Virus record (IMG/VR): IMGVR_UViG_3300033388_003971
Location: 6,824 to 70,823 of that record
Length of the DNA: 64,000 nt
DNA from: a virus
Strand: one strand, 5' to 3'
The notes beneath the pieces were generated by a model. It was not told the DNA's origin. It was given only the letters and a program-made list of their open reading frames with translations, and did not search any database. Below, piece by piece: positions 29,582 to 40,100 of this stretch (positions are counted from its first letter, which is position 1; every line of letters starts with the position of its first letter). Both the position numbers and the translations under genes were made by a program.

Positions 29582-30813
29582 TACTCGCTCCTAACTGTTA
29601 TTGGTGAACTTATGCTTTGCTCTACAATCACCCTCTCATCAAAGTGCGCAGAGTAATCTGCAAGTAAAGTCTGCTTCACTCTATTGTCTGACAATCTTGA
29701 ATCCCTATAGATATATATGTCATCAAAAGGCTTACTTGATGTTCCTATGCTTTTAATCTGATTACTAGTATTAAGGATTCTTCTGATTAATTCCTGAGTA
29801 GAAAACTCTTCTCCTATTGCTAGGTTGTTGCAGTAGTTAATTATCTCGTCCTCTACAACTGTCTCTAGAGTTACTTTTTGATCTTCGGTAATTTCCGTCC
29901 TATACCTAAGAGTAACAGTCATCTGTATCCCTACGTTTTTAGGCGCCCTTGATATTCCAGAGTTGCCAAAAGCTTTAATTCTATTTATAGCTTGCTGCAC
30001 CTGCTCTATTAGTGCATCTGATACGATTGGATATAAAGCCTTAATAAGAACTGTAAAGGTTCCTGACCCTCTGTCATAAGGAATCATAGTTACATCTGCA
30101 ACTCCTGCAACTCCAAGTGCTGCAAGCCTAACAGCTATTATATTAGCTGCCTCTGATGCAACTATAGCATTGCTAACCCTGTACCTGAAGTTTGTATCTG
30201 ACTCTCTGTTGGATCCTCCAACTATTCCTGATACGTTAGTTATCTTTAATGTGCTGTTAGCAACGTCCTCATAATCAGAGTACCCATGAGTATTAATAGC
30301 TCCTATTCCTACTGTAGACTTTGTACCGGTCTGTGTGCTTACTGCTGACACATAAGCTTCTGTTGCAGTTGGCAATAGATCTACGTTAGCTGTTAGTCTG
30401 TATGTTGCTGTAGTTCTGCTTCCGGCTATAGAGGTCTGATTAGCATATAATAATGTTCCCGCCGGAACTGTTGCTGTGACGCCATCGTTTATATCTCCGA
30501 ATGTTCCAGATATAACATAGAACTTTATGTTGTTGTGTGCGGCATCTATCTCTGCGCTTTGAGCTTCTAATCTAACTATACCTACTATCTCTCCTATTAA
30601 GTCAAGACTGTCTCCGTTAGATGTTCTCACGAATGCCTGTGCCATCTCTAGATCAAAACTCTCAGCTAAAGAGCCTTGCTCTCTAGCGAATGCCTCTAAG
30701 ATTGCCCTTGCTTTTCCGCCAGGAGATAACTGCGTGATACCAGTGTCTCCACTAAGCGTATCAATTGTGTTTTGTAATATTTTATTTTCGTCGTGATAAT
30801 TGGATATCGGCAT
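29581..30813 (-). CDS. Baseplate J-like wedge protein
   Basis: G..LD.IG...G..R, VPAGT, GG...ESD..FR.R, V.GV..V and RG.GT motifs. Confidence 0.9.
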   Translation of the reverse strand: MPISNYHDENKILQNTIDTLSGDTGITQLSPGGKARAILEAFAREQGSLAESFDLEMAQAFVRTSNGDSLDLIGEIVGIVRLEAQSAEIDAAHNNIKFYVISGTFGDINDGVTATVPAGTLLYANQTSIAGSRTTATYRLTANVDLLPTATEAYVSAVSTQTGTKSTVGIGAINTHGYSDYEDVANSTLKITNVSGIVGGSNRESDTNFRYRVSNAIVASEAANIIAVRLAALGVAGVADVTMIPYDRGSGTFTVLIKALYPIVSDALIEQVQQAINRIKAFGNSGISRAPKNVGIQMTVTLRYRTEITEDQKVTLETVVEDEIINYCNNLAIGEEFSTQELIRRILNTSNQIKSIGTSSKPFDDIYIYRDSRLSDNRVKQTLLADYSAHFDERVIVEQSISSPITVRSE

Positions 30814-30821
30814 GCTTACCT

Positions 30822-31265
30822 CTAATAAACAGTTACTATATTATCGTTATTAAGATCTAAAACTAGTGTTAGTTTAATATCATCTGCATAATTGTTTTCT
30901 TCTGTTGGCTCAACACTAATTTTTATTCTGTATGCTATAGCATCTTTGCTCACTGGCATATACGTAATATTAACATCTTGCGCAGCAATAAAAGCCCCTG
31001 TAGTTAGCGAATTCAGTATCTTTTCTTTCCCTATCTCAGCTGTTTCTTTTGAATTTGGTTCACCAACTATTTCTGTTAATCCTGCTCCTATCCATGGGTG
31101 CACAGCCCAGTCAGACAGATCACTCTTTACTCTATTTCTAATCTCCTGCTTAAGAGACAATAGGATATCGTGCTCGGTAGATGCCACATCCTTGTCACCA
31201 TCTATTGCTATGTCTCCTGCACCATTGAAAAACAAATCTATACTGTCCTGATTTTTAGGCATCAC
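30822..31265 (-). CDS. Baseplate wedge subunit / sheath initiator (gp25-like)
   Basis: GDI..., L.Q.I..R......W..HP..GA.L...G motif; immediately upstream of J. Confidence 0.8.
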   Translation of the reverse strand: MMPKNQDSIDLFFNGAGDIAIDGDKDVASTEHDILLSLKQEIRNRVKSDLSDWAVHPWIGAGLTEIVGEPNSKETAEIGKEKILNSLTTGAFIAAQDVNITYMPVSKDAIAYRIKISVEPTEENNYADDIKLTLVLDLNNDNIVTVY

Positions 31266-31271
31266 TTCCTC

Positions 31272-31595
31272 CTAGATCAACATGGCTGCTAATTCTGCAA
31301 CCGTTGTAGTTATATTTGCAACACCAGATAGTGGCTGCGAGTTACTTAGGACAGGTATCGGCGTCACTATTGTTGATGGAAGGGTGCTAAGTATATTGTC
31401 GTTGAATGTCCACATACCACCTATCCTTATATCTGATGGAGCACATACAAAACTATGCTTCCCACCGTGATACGTTCCTTCTGATGTTAGTACTATAAAG
31501 TTGCTCTTGCTAGACTGCATAGTAGTCGCATCTTCACTAACGGACATTCCAGCACTAGCGCTAAGACTACTTTTCCATATCTTTTTTCTTGCCAT
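31272..31595 (-). CDS. Hypothetical baseplate protein (possible spike C-terminal part or tip)
   Basis: Beta-rich 107 aa between the spike OB-fold gene and the gp25-like gene. Confidence 0.5.
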   Translation of the reverse strand: MARKKIWKSSLSASAGMSVSEDATTMQSSKSNFIVLTSEGTYHGGKHSFVCAPSDIRIGGMWTFNDNILSTLPSTIVTPIPVLSNSQPLSGVANITTTVAELAAMLI

Positions 31596-31596
31596 A

Positions 31597-31995
31597 CTAT
31601 TCTCCAGGAGTAAAAATTAAAAATGCATCTTGTCCAATCTCAGACGCACCATACGACTGTGCATTATCGCCTCTAACCATATATACTTTCCCTAACCATG
31701 GCGATGACTTGTAAACTATAACTACCCTATCTCCAGACTGAGGCTCACCAAACCTTAATGCTATATCAGTTGGATCTTCACCAAGTTCTAACCAGGATCC
31801 TTCTTCGTCACCTAAAAGTAATCCGGAATCTTCAGACCTAACCTTCACTAACGGTTTTGACCATGTTCCGTCTTCATCTGTGAACACCTTAGATATTGTA
31901 CCATAGATTTTCTTTTCAGATGACATAGAGCTCTTACTTCCTTCGAGCTCAACAGACCTTTTATTCTCTCCTATCCTTCCTCTATTCTTTGCCAT
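31597..31995 (-). CDS. Central spike N-terminal OB-fold protein (gpV/gp5-like)
   Basis: G.I..V...VKV......W......P..GDRV.I pattern; follows the hub. Confidence 0.6.
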   Translation of the reverse strand: MAKNRGRIGENKRSVELEGSKSSMSSEKKIYGTISKVFTDEDGTWSKPLVKVRSEDSGLLLGDEEGSWLELGEDPTDIALRFGEPQSGDRVVIVYKSSPWLGKVYMVRGDNAQSYGASEIGQDAFLIFTPGE

Positions 31996-32010
31996 ACTAA
32001 AATCCGCCTA

Positions 32011-35000
32011 TTAAAAAATTTGCTTCTCAAGATTCTTAAGCATCTCTTCTGCATCTTTTCTTGCATCTGTGACACCTTCACTAAATAAATACCCAGCATC
32101 AATAAATGATGACTTCAGGTCGTCTTGCTTAAATCCTTCTATACCTCCAACAAGTGGCTTCTTGTTTAGTGTAAGTGGGTGAATAAGTACTGGCTGCTTA
32201 AGCTGTGTCTTCTTCACATAGTAAGAACCTGCAGCATATAGTATACCTGCTCCTATTCCTAGCCATCCTCCTTTACCGATAAACTTACTTCCCTTGCCAA
32301 GCAGCTTGAAGAACCCCTTTGAAAATTTCTTACTTTTTAATGCATCCCATGTCTTAGTTGCACTAGCAGATACAGTATCTTTTGCTTTGCTAGTAACTTT
32401 TAATGCTGCATCAATTGACACTTTACTACCAGCACTCTTAAGCTGAGAAGTCGCCTTTACGATAGTAGGCCCAACTTGCTTTCCAAGTTTTGGTCCTGCT
32501 GCAGCTATTGTCTCTCCGATTCCAAGCTCTGCAATCGCCTTACCTGCTGCATACCCTTTGCTAGACAGAGTTAAACCAGGCCCACCTAGCATAACTCCGA
32601 ATACCATCATATCATATACGCCAAAGAACTGTGACATAGCTTGCGATATTGGAAGCGTTGCGTACTGGTTGCCAGATACACATAGGTCTGGAACTATCTC
32701 AGTTATAAACCCTGTCTCCTGTGAGAAATGATGAACAACCTGCTCTACCTCTACTGGTCCGTACATATCTGTTATCTTGTCGAATATGTGGCACGTGTCA
32801 TATGGTTTAATCTCCGAATTCCCAAGCACTGTAATGCTACCACCATACATATCTTTCATATGTCTCAATAGAAGGCCAAGAGCATATCTTCTTGCCATAT
32901 GTTTCTTCTCACAGTTTGGCTGCTGTGAAAATAACAGGTTAACAGTCTCATCTCTTAGGTCTGCATCAGCCTTAAGAGTTTCGTAATTATCATAATCATA
33001 GTTAACACGTCCAGTCTCGTCGTCAGCGTCTTCCATAACATCTTCTACATATTGAACTGTTGCCGCATTGTACGCATCTGCATTTACGCTTATATTATTT
33101 GCTATAATATTTACAGTATCACTCAGATAATGATGATCTCTAAATGGTTTTATCCTATGTGCCTGAGTAGCTTTTCTTTTTTCAAATTCTGACGATAACA
33201 CACCTGGCTCTTCTCCATAGAATATTGGCTTAACTCCAGACTTAATATCAGTTACAGAATACTGTGTTGGCAGGTGTACTGATTGGCTCAATGCCGTATA
33301 TACTTTTCCAGGATCATTGGCTGCTGCCTTCATCTTGTCGAGTTCACTAACCCTTGACTTATCAAGTAGATCGTCAGGCCTGTACCAGTACTCCATATCA
33401 GGCGTACCAAAGAACAATGTCATTCTGTTTCCATATGGAACTACACTTGCTACCCAACCAGGATGCCTTAGCTCCATCTCTTTTAGTATATCCCATACGG
33501 TAGTTTGATGTATCTTATAGTCTAGATTTCCATATCTCTTTACTAATTTATCTGCATTAAATCCTGCTCCAATCACTGCTGCTGTTCCAACTGCATACGG
33601 ATTTGCTGTTGCAAATGCAGCTGTTCCTCCCCATTCTACAGCTCCCCATGCCATTGACTTTAACCCATTCCACAGCTCTATATCTACAGCCTCGTTCCAT
33701 GTAGAAGGATCTAACAAAGCCATATTAGCTATATACGTATGAGGCTGAGGTGCAAAAACATTATCATCTCTTGGGTTTAGGTTTGGGCCGTAGAGGCTAT
33801 TTGCCCTATCTTCTAAATCCTCGTATGATGCCAGCATAGATATAAACCAATTCTTTCTCTTGTTTCCAAAATGCACAATCTCAGGCGCCTGCATAACATA
33901 GTTTATCAATCCTGACGTTACCTTATCCTTAACTTTAGTTATACTTTCTGCTCTATGTAATCCTTTTACCTGGCTAACAAGCTCTGTTGCGTAGCTCTGA
34001 CATACAATCTGTACAACTTTACCTGGCTGTACCTCTACTATCTGCCCATTGAATACTATGTCAAGGTTTTCAGGATTATTGTCATACCCTAGTCTTACCT
34101 GTATTCTTTGTCCAGGTCTAAGCAGTAATGCATCTACAGGGTTTTCTTGTGTAGTGTTTATTTTTGATTCATTCTTATCCTCATAGAACTTGTCAAGGTT
34201 TCCATTATTATATTGAGTAGTATCACTAAGCTTTCCTGATTCATTTGACATGCTTATAATGCAAAGATCAGCCGGCACTTTTCTGCTTCTTATAACTTTT
34301 ATATCATGGACTGCATTGAACCCAAAAAACTCATCAAAGCTAAGCCTTGGAAGTATGTTGAATTCCTCACCATAGTCCTCCTCTATAAAGAAGATCTTGT
34401 AAGTAGGGAATGCCTTGTTCATAGAGTAATGTCCAGTATCATCCTTAACCTTTGCAATATGCTTATCCATTACAGCTCTAATACTAGCTTCATCATAGTT
34501 GTGAGTTGTCTTAGTGTCGTTTTGATTAAGCTCAAAATACTTTGTCTTATCGTCTTTTGTCTCAACCTTGCCATACTCTTCTGGCCTTGCCTCACCATTC
34601 TCTGCTGGTGAGTCTGAAGACACATCAGGCGGAATTAGGCCAAGCTCTTTCTTGGCAGTGGATGAAGTAGTATAAGGCGCTACCTCCATATCGTGGACTA
34701 TTTTAAGTATGTCATCCTGGTAACCCTCTATATCTCTTACTAAGTCCTCTGTAAATTTACCATCATTCATGTCCTCGTAATAGTAAAAATTTGGATTCGT
34801 ATCTATAGACGGAAGATTAAGATCTGGGTAACATGGAACTAAAGAAGCTTTTCTAACCTTTTCCATGTCAGATCTAATGACGTTGAACTGTTTTAAATCA
34901 AACACTCCTCCTCGTAGCATATCCCAGAACACTTCAGATAAATCTGAATATATACCTGCAATCTTACCGTAGTCTATTGGCTCAATTACTGCAGATTCTG

Positions 35001-37191
35001 CCTGTACACTTGTTGTAGAGAATCCACCACTAAGAGCTGCTAGCTCAGGATCCCATTTTGCATCTGCAAGATCTTTATCTGTCTTTTCTTTTCTCTTTGC
35101 AATTTCAGGAATAACCATGTCTGCAAAACCATGTAGGTCTCCCATTTCAGAGATATACCTTTCATCTATTTCTTCATCAAGTATAATGTTATTTAGGATA
35201 TTAGCAACCTTATCTATTGAAACTGACAGAGGAGCGTTATAGTCTGGCAATGTTTCTACATAATCTCTCTTGTACCCTTCTGTATATGTTCCTTTATCTG
35301 TTGCTACTTGTAATGTCTGGATCCCAGTCACTATAGCTGCTGCTACATCTGCTACGACTCCTTTTGCTTCTAGTTGCGAGTACCTTGAAGGGTCTTGATC
35401 TTTTTTTATAAACTTTCCAGTCTTAGGGTCATAAAGCCCAACAGTTGAAGTTGCAGCGCTATGTAGCTCTGTTATTGGGCTATACTTAAAGTATCTCTTG
35501 TTCCTCATTATAGCGAATGCTCTATCTTTGATTTGATTTGTAGCAAGCACATGCTCTTGCGACAAGTTCTCCTCGAAGAATGGATCATGCTCAGTCAAAC
35601 TAAACACAAAGATGTCCATCTCAGGATTACCAGGAACAGTAGAAGATTCAGTGCTGTCTCCTAATACTGCATTAAGACCTAGCATCTTTGTTACAGGGTT
35701 TGAAATAGTTAATGATGCTGCATTCTTTACCTTATGAAACTCTAGTCCATTCTTATGCGCCCTATTTAGTGCGAACTTTACACCGTCTAGCGTTCCTCCT
35801 CTTTTACCTTCTGCTGAGAATATAGCTCTAACATGCTTTCCTCCTAGGTACTGATGAGTTGGATACTCGTGACCAAGTAACGGGATAGACGTTATACTGT
35901 TTGTCATTGCAACATTCAAGCTAGTAACAACAGCATCTGTTGCGTCATTATATTTCCTTGAAGACGGAAGCGTATATATAGCTTTCTTTTTAAATGTATT
36001 TCTTTCACTGGTTGGCAGCCATCCATTGTTTTTCTGTACAACAAGGAACTCTTGGTAAGCCTCTATGAAGTCTGCATGCTCTGAAATATATCTTTTTGAG
36101 CTAAGGACACCTTCAACGTTTGCAGTGTTATTATCCTTTATCATATCATTAATATTTCTAGAAGCCGTCTCCATGCTTACATATGAAAAATGCCATGGAG
36201 CATTTGTATCTGGAATAAAATCATACTCAGAAGCTACCTTAACGAACCTCTGGTAGTCTTTGTCTGCTCTATACTTAGCAGCTTTTTCCTCTCCACTACC
36301 ACTAAACATAGCAAGATCAAAAGCAATACCTGCTCTATGTTGATCTAGTAGACCTTCACCTTCATCATTATAGAAGTCTATGTCTAGTACAGACAGGAAC
36401 ATATTAGATATAGGAACCCTTCCACCATAAACTCTAGTCATTAATCCAAAAGCTCCAGATGAAATCCTGCTCATCTTTGGCATAGCTCCTGAGAAATTAG
36501 CATGACTCATATTAACTCTAAATAGGTTCTTGCCTATATCTTCTATGTCTGCATCTAGTACTGATTCCGGACCTGTTTCAACAGGAGGGCTTACAAGTGT
36601 AAGCTCATCAAAGCTTATCTGAGTGTCAAAGTCTGCATCACTTATTCTTGGCACAGTTTTCAGAATAGTCTTTAGGTGCCCAGTGTAAACGTTTGACTTA
36701 GATATGTCTGCTACAGCTCCATACTCTTGGCTGAGCTGTGGACCATAAGGATACGTCTTAAACTTAAGAGCATTAGTGTATGGTGCATGATTGAATATCA
36801 TCATGTCTAAGGTTGCATATAGTGATCTTGGTTCATTTGGCTTTGTGTATACGCTAAGGTTACTTAGTGTTCCAGCTAATGATCCTGATAATGATGCGTC
36901 TGAAAAAGCTGCCCCGGCAATATAAGAGCTTGCAAGTTGAACGAATGGTGATACTTTAAAGCACGCAACCAAGGTTCTCAGAGTATTGTTTATCTCGTCT
37001 AAGTTAGGAAACGCCAGCTCAACAGTTATCCAGAACTGAGCATTCCCAGAACTAACACCTATTGGAGGTCCTTGTCTAAGCACATGATTGTAAGAGTTAA
37101 CGTTCCTCTTGTGTGTCTGTATCCTTGTTGCATTAGCCTTAAGCTCTATCCCATTGATAGCAAGATCATATATTATTTTTTCATCTGCCAT
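32011..37191 (-). CDS. Giant baseplate hub protein with internal M15B (VanY-like) peptidase domain
   Basis: C-terminal hub motifs LRPGQRIQVRLGY...VFNGQI.EV and G.ITVLGN..IKP.D...V.HHFS..TGF.T; internal HRAGIAFD...PWH. Confidence 0.75.
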   Translation of the reverse strand: MADEKIIYDLAINGIELKANATRIQTHKRNVNSYNHVLRQGPPIGVSSGNAQFWITVELAFPNLDEINNTLRTLVACFKVSPFVQLASSYIAGAAFSDASLSGSLAGTLSNLSVYTKPNEPRSLYATLDMMIFNHAPYTNALKFKTYPYGPQLSQEYGAVADISKSNVYTGHLKTILKTVPRISDADFDTQISFDELTLVSPPVETGPESVLDADIEDIGKNLFRVNMSHANFSGAMPKMSRISSGAFGLMTRVYGGRVPISNMFLSVLDIDFYNDEGEGLLDQHRAGIAFDLAMFSGSGEEKAAKYRADKDYQRFVKVASEYDFIPDTNAPWHFSYVSMETASRNINDMIKDNNTANVEGVLSSKRYISEHADFIEAYQEFLVVQKNNGWLPTSERNTFKKKAIYTLPSSRKYNDATDAVVTSLNVAMTNSITSIPLLGHEYPTHQYLGGKHVRAIFSAEGKRGGTLDGVKFALNRAHKNGLEFHKVKNAASLTISNPVTKMLGLNAVLGDSTESSTVPGNPEMDIFVFSLTEHDPFFEENLSQEHVLATNQIKDRAFAIMRNKRYFKYSPITELHSAATSTVGLYDPKTGKFIKKDQDPSRYSQLEAKGVVADVAAAIVTGIQTLQVATDKGTYTEGYKRDYVETLPDYNAPLSVSIDKVANILNNIILDEEIDERYISEMGDLHGFADMVIPEIAKRKEKTDKDLADAKWDPELAALSGGFSTTSVQAESAVIEPIDYGKIAGIYSDLSEVFWDMLRGGVFDLKQFNVIRSDMEKVRKASLVPCYPDLNLPSIDTNPNFYYYEDMNDGKFTEDLVRDIEGYQDDILKIVHDMEVAPYTTSSTAKKELGLIPPDVSSDSPAENGEARPEEYGKVETKDDKTKYFELNQNDTKTTHNYDEASIRAVMDKHIAKVKDDTGHYSMNKAFPTYKIFFIEEDYGEEFNILPRLSFDEFFGFNAVHDIKVIRSRKVPADLCIISMSNESGKLSDTTQYNNGNLDKFYEDKNESKINTTQENPVDALLLRPGQRIQVRLGYDNNPENLDIVFNGQIVEVQPGKVVQIVCQSYATELVSQVKGLHRAESITKVKDKVTSGLINYVMQAPEIVHFGNKRKNWFISMLASYEDLEDRANSLYGPNLNPRDDNVFAPQPHTYIANMALLDPSTWNEAVDIELWNGLKSMAWGAVEWGGTAAFATANPYAVGTAAVIGAGFNADKLVKRYGNLDYKIHQTTVWDILKEMELRHPGWVASVVPYGNRMTLFFGTPDMEYWYRPDDLLDKSRVSELDKMKAAANDPGKVYTALSQSVHLPTQYSVTDIKSGVKPIFYGEEPGVLSSEFEKRKATQAHRIKPFRDHHYLSDTVNIIANNISVNADAYNAATVQYVEDVMEDADDETGRVNYDYDNYETLKADADLRDETVNLLFSQQPNCEKKHMARRYALGLLLRHMKDMYGGSITVLGNSEIKPYDTCHIFDKITDMYGPVEVEQVVHHFSQETGFITEIVPDLCVSGNQYATLPISQAMSQFFGVYDMMVFGVMLGGPGLTLSSKGYAAGKAIAELGIGETIAAAGPKLGKQVGPTIVKATSQLKSAGSKVSIDAALKVTSKAKDTVSASATKTWDALKSKKFSKGFFKLLGKGSKFIGKGGWLGIGAGILYAAGSYYVKKTQLKQPVLIHPLTLNKKPLVGGIEGFKQDDLKSSFIDAGYLFSEGVTDARKDAEEMLKNLEKQIF

Positions 37192-40100
37192 TAGTATGCA
37201 CCTTCAAGTAGTCTGTCTATCATTTCAGAAGTTATTTGTTTAGAGTTATCATTTACGTTAACGTTCACACTAGATGGAATTTTCATGCTTTCAACTATTT
37301 TCTTAGTAATATCATTATAGTCTGAATTTGCAGAATCCCTACCCCTTATCTTTATTACATTGGACATTGGAGTTTGATTTTGATTTAGCATTCCTCTAGG
37401 TGTCTGTTGTATTGGGTTCGGAGCTTCAGGCATACCTGTTCTTCCTTGTACCTGATCAGGAGTAACAAACCTAGGCTTTGCCTGGAAGTTCATCTCAGGG
37501 ACAAGAAGCTCTGTTCCTGATGGAGCAGCAATAGGTCGTCCTTCTGGTGCAGCCATCATATTGTATCCTCCAAATGGAGTGCTTTCTCTTGCTGCTAAAT
37601 AAAACATTGCTCCAGCCACAGCTGTTGCTCCTGCTATAAGGCCGGCACTCATTCCTGGTCCACCTCTCATTGATCTCATTTTTGTTTTAACATTTGAGAT
37701 AAGGCTTTCAGTTGCTGAATCTGTCCTTGGCCTTCTAAGCATTGATTCAGTTATAGTTGAGTCTGGAACCATAGAGGAATACATCTCTGACTCTCTAATC
37801 ATGCTCATCATTTTTCTTGGATCTTCTGCTAAGGCTATCGTATTAGCATCATACGCTCCCTTTTTAGCAAGGTTCATAAAGTCTTCAGCTATATCTTTTT
37901 CCTTAAGCCCTGCAAGAGATTCAGTCAAAACTGTCTCCAGTGGCCTAGATAATACACTACTCTCTAGTAGGTCTACATCAAACCTACTTGCTATCGAGCG
38001 CCCTATTATTGTTTGCAGTGCGTCAGCTTTTCTACCCTGATACCCCTTGCTGATATCGGTTACAGCTCCAAGAAGCTTCTCAGATATGCCAGTCAAATTT
38101 TCTGCTTCTGCTGCTGTTAAGTGCTTAGCTGATATCAATTCCTGAGGAACAAAATCATATAGAAGTGCTGCATCATCTATCAGTTCTCTTTTTCCAGTTG
38201 CTATTGCTCCCTTAAGGATTTGAGAATATGCATAGTCAACTCCACCAATCTCATTAGCAAGCATCTGCTTGGTCTTCTGCGCCATTACATCAAAGTGCTC
38301 TAGAGCATCAATCTTTGCTCCTCCACGTTTAGCAGCTTGAACAAGGCTGTAATCATTTCTATACGCAGAGATCTCTGCCTGGAAGTTTGAATCGCCAATC
38401 ATCCTTCTAAGAGAGTCCTCTTCCCTTTTGTTCATCACAGAAGCTAAGCCTAGTCTGTCGGCATCAAAGTCACCTCTGAAAAGCTCCTTCATCATTGTCT
38501 CATCTGCCCTTAAGTGATGTCCTACTCCACCTAGATCCTGGCCAAGCCTCATCTTAACAGGAATAGCACTAAACTTTGAAACCTGAGGATGTCTCCAAGC
38601 CATTCCCATGACTTCTTCTCCTGCTTCAAATGCAGCTCTTTGTTCTTTAAGGAACCCTTTGTCAGCTCCTGCAAGTCGCATGTCATCCCACATCTTATCC
38701 ATTAAGTCCATGCTTGTCTCTACAGTAAACATATTCCCTAATGGTTGTGGTCCAATCCCCTGATATAACTTCTGTACCTGAACTCTTGCCGTACCTGTAA
38801 GCTTATGTTTTCCTGCTGCAAGATCAGCATACTGCTCAGATAGAGTTATGTTGAGTTGTCTAGCTTGCCTCTTTACGTCTTCTACTTCTGCACCCTCATC
38901 CATCATTTTGAGGAATTTCTCATACTGGCTAAGAGTTGTTCCTGCCATTCTCTCTCCAGTTGCTTCACTTACATATGGAGACATTGATTTTAACTCTAGA
39001 TGTGATGGGAGATAAAGATGTTCCCCGCCCTGAATAGCTGATCTATATTTTTCTGGTATTTGCACAGTCATTCCTTCTTGTGCGAATATATTTCCAGCTA
39101 CACCTTTAGCTAATATGCCAGTTCCTATTTTTCTGGATCCAGCTATTTGCTGTTCAGTAAGCACACTTGTATCGCCAGCCATTGTCATTACTGCTCTCTC
39201 TACTTCAGAGATTGCACCACCGGTTTCAAGCCTTCTTCTGCCTGCCATTATACCACCAAGCTCAGAAGTGTATTCTCCTTCTGCCATCATCTTCCATATG
39301 GCTCTTTGCTCGAACGTGCCTCTTCCTATGTCTGTTGCAAGCTCTCCTCCACCTGGAGTCATGCCAGCAATACCAAGAGCTGCACCTTTAGATCCTCTGA
39401 TCCATGCTTGCTCTTTAGCTGAGAAACCTATGTCCTCTATGACATCCATAGCCATTTCAGATTTCTTGTATCCTCCTAGCTCCTTGAAGTACGTTCCAAA
39501 GACAGCTCCAAATCCTGCTGCTCCTATTGTGCCTTTCTTTACTTGTCCTCTTGCAACTTTAAGCAGCTCTTTCTCTACTCCATGTTTACCACTCATCTTC
39601 TCTACATAAAGCGGATCGCTTACAAACTTGTCATCTATGCCTGCGGCTGCCATTACATGTCTTAGGCCACTTGTCATTTGAGTTCTTCTTAATCTAAGAT
39701 CTTTGAATAGGATATCCCCTTCTACAATGATGTCAGTGTTATACTTATTAAGCATCATGTTTGTAACTTTTTTATCAAGCCCAATCTCGTAAGCTTCTCT
39801 TTCAAACTCCTCTACACCCCTACTCATAAGAGTATGCTTAAGATCTTCAAACACTTTTACTCCAGAGTGTCCACGTATCATTCTTCTTGTAACTACATGT
39901 AGGTAGTCAGAGTCAGCAGTATGTTTAGCAGATATTATCTCTTCTGTAACATCTCCTCCAAGTCCAGTTGATGATACTAACGCACCCATATCATCAGAAG
40001 CATACGTTGTCACACCTTTAGCGGTGACCTCTCTTAATGTTTGGAATCCCATTCCTAGTGATGCTCCCTTTGGAAGACTCACTCTTTTACCGGTTCTTTC

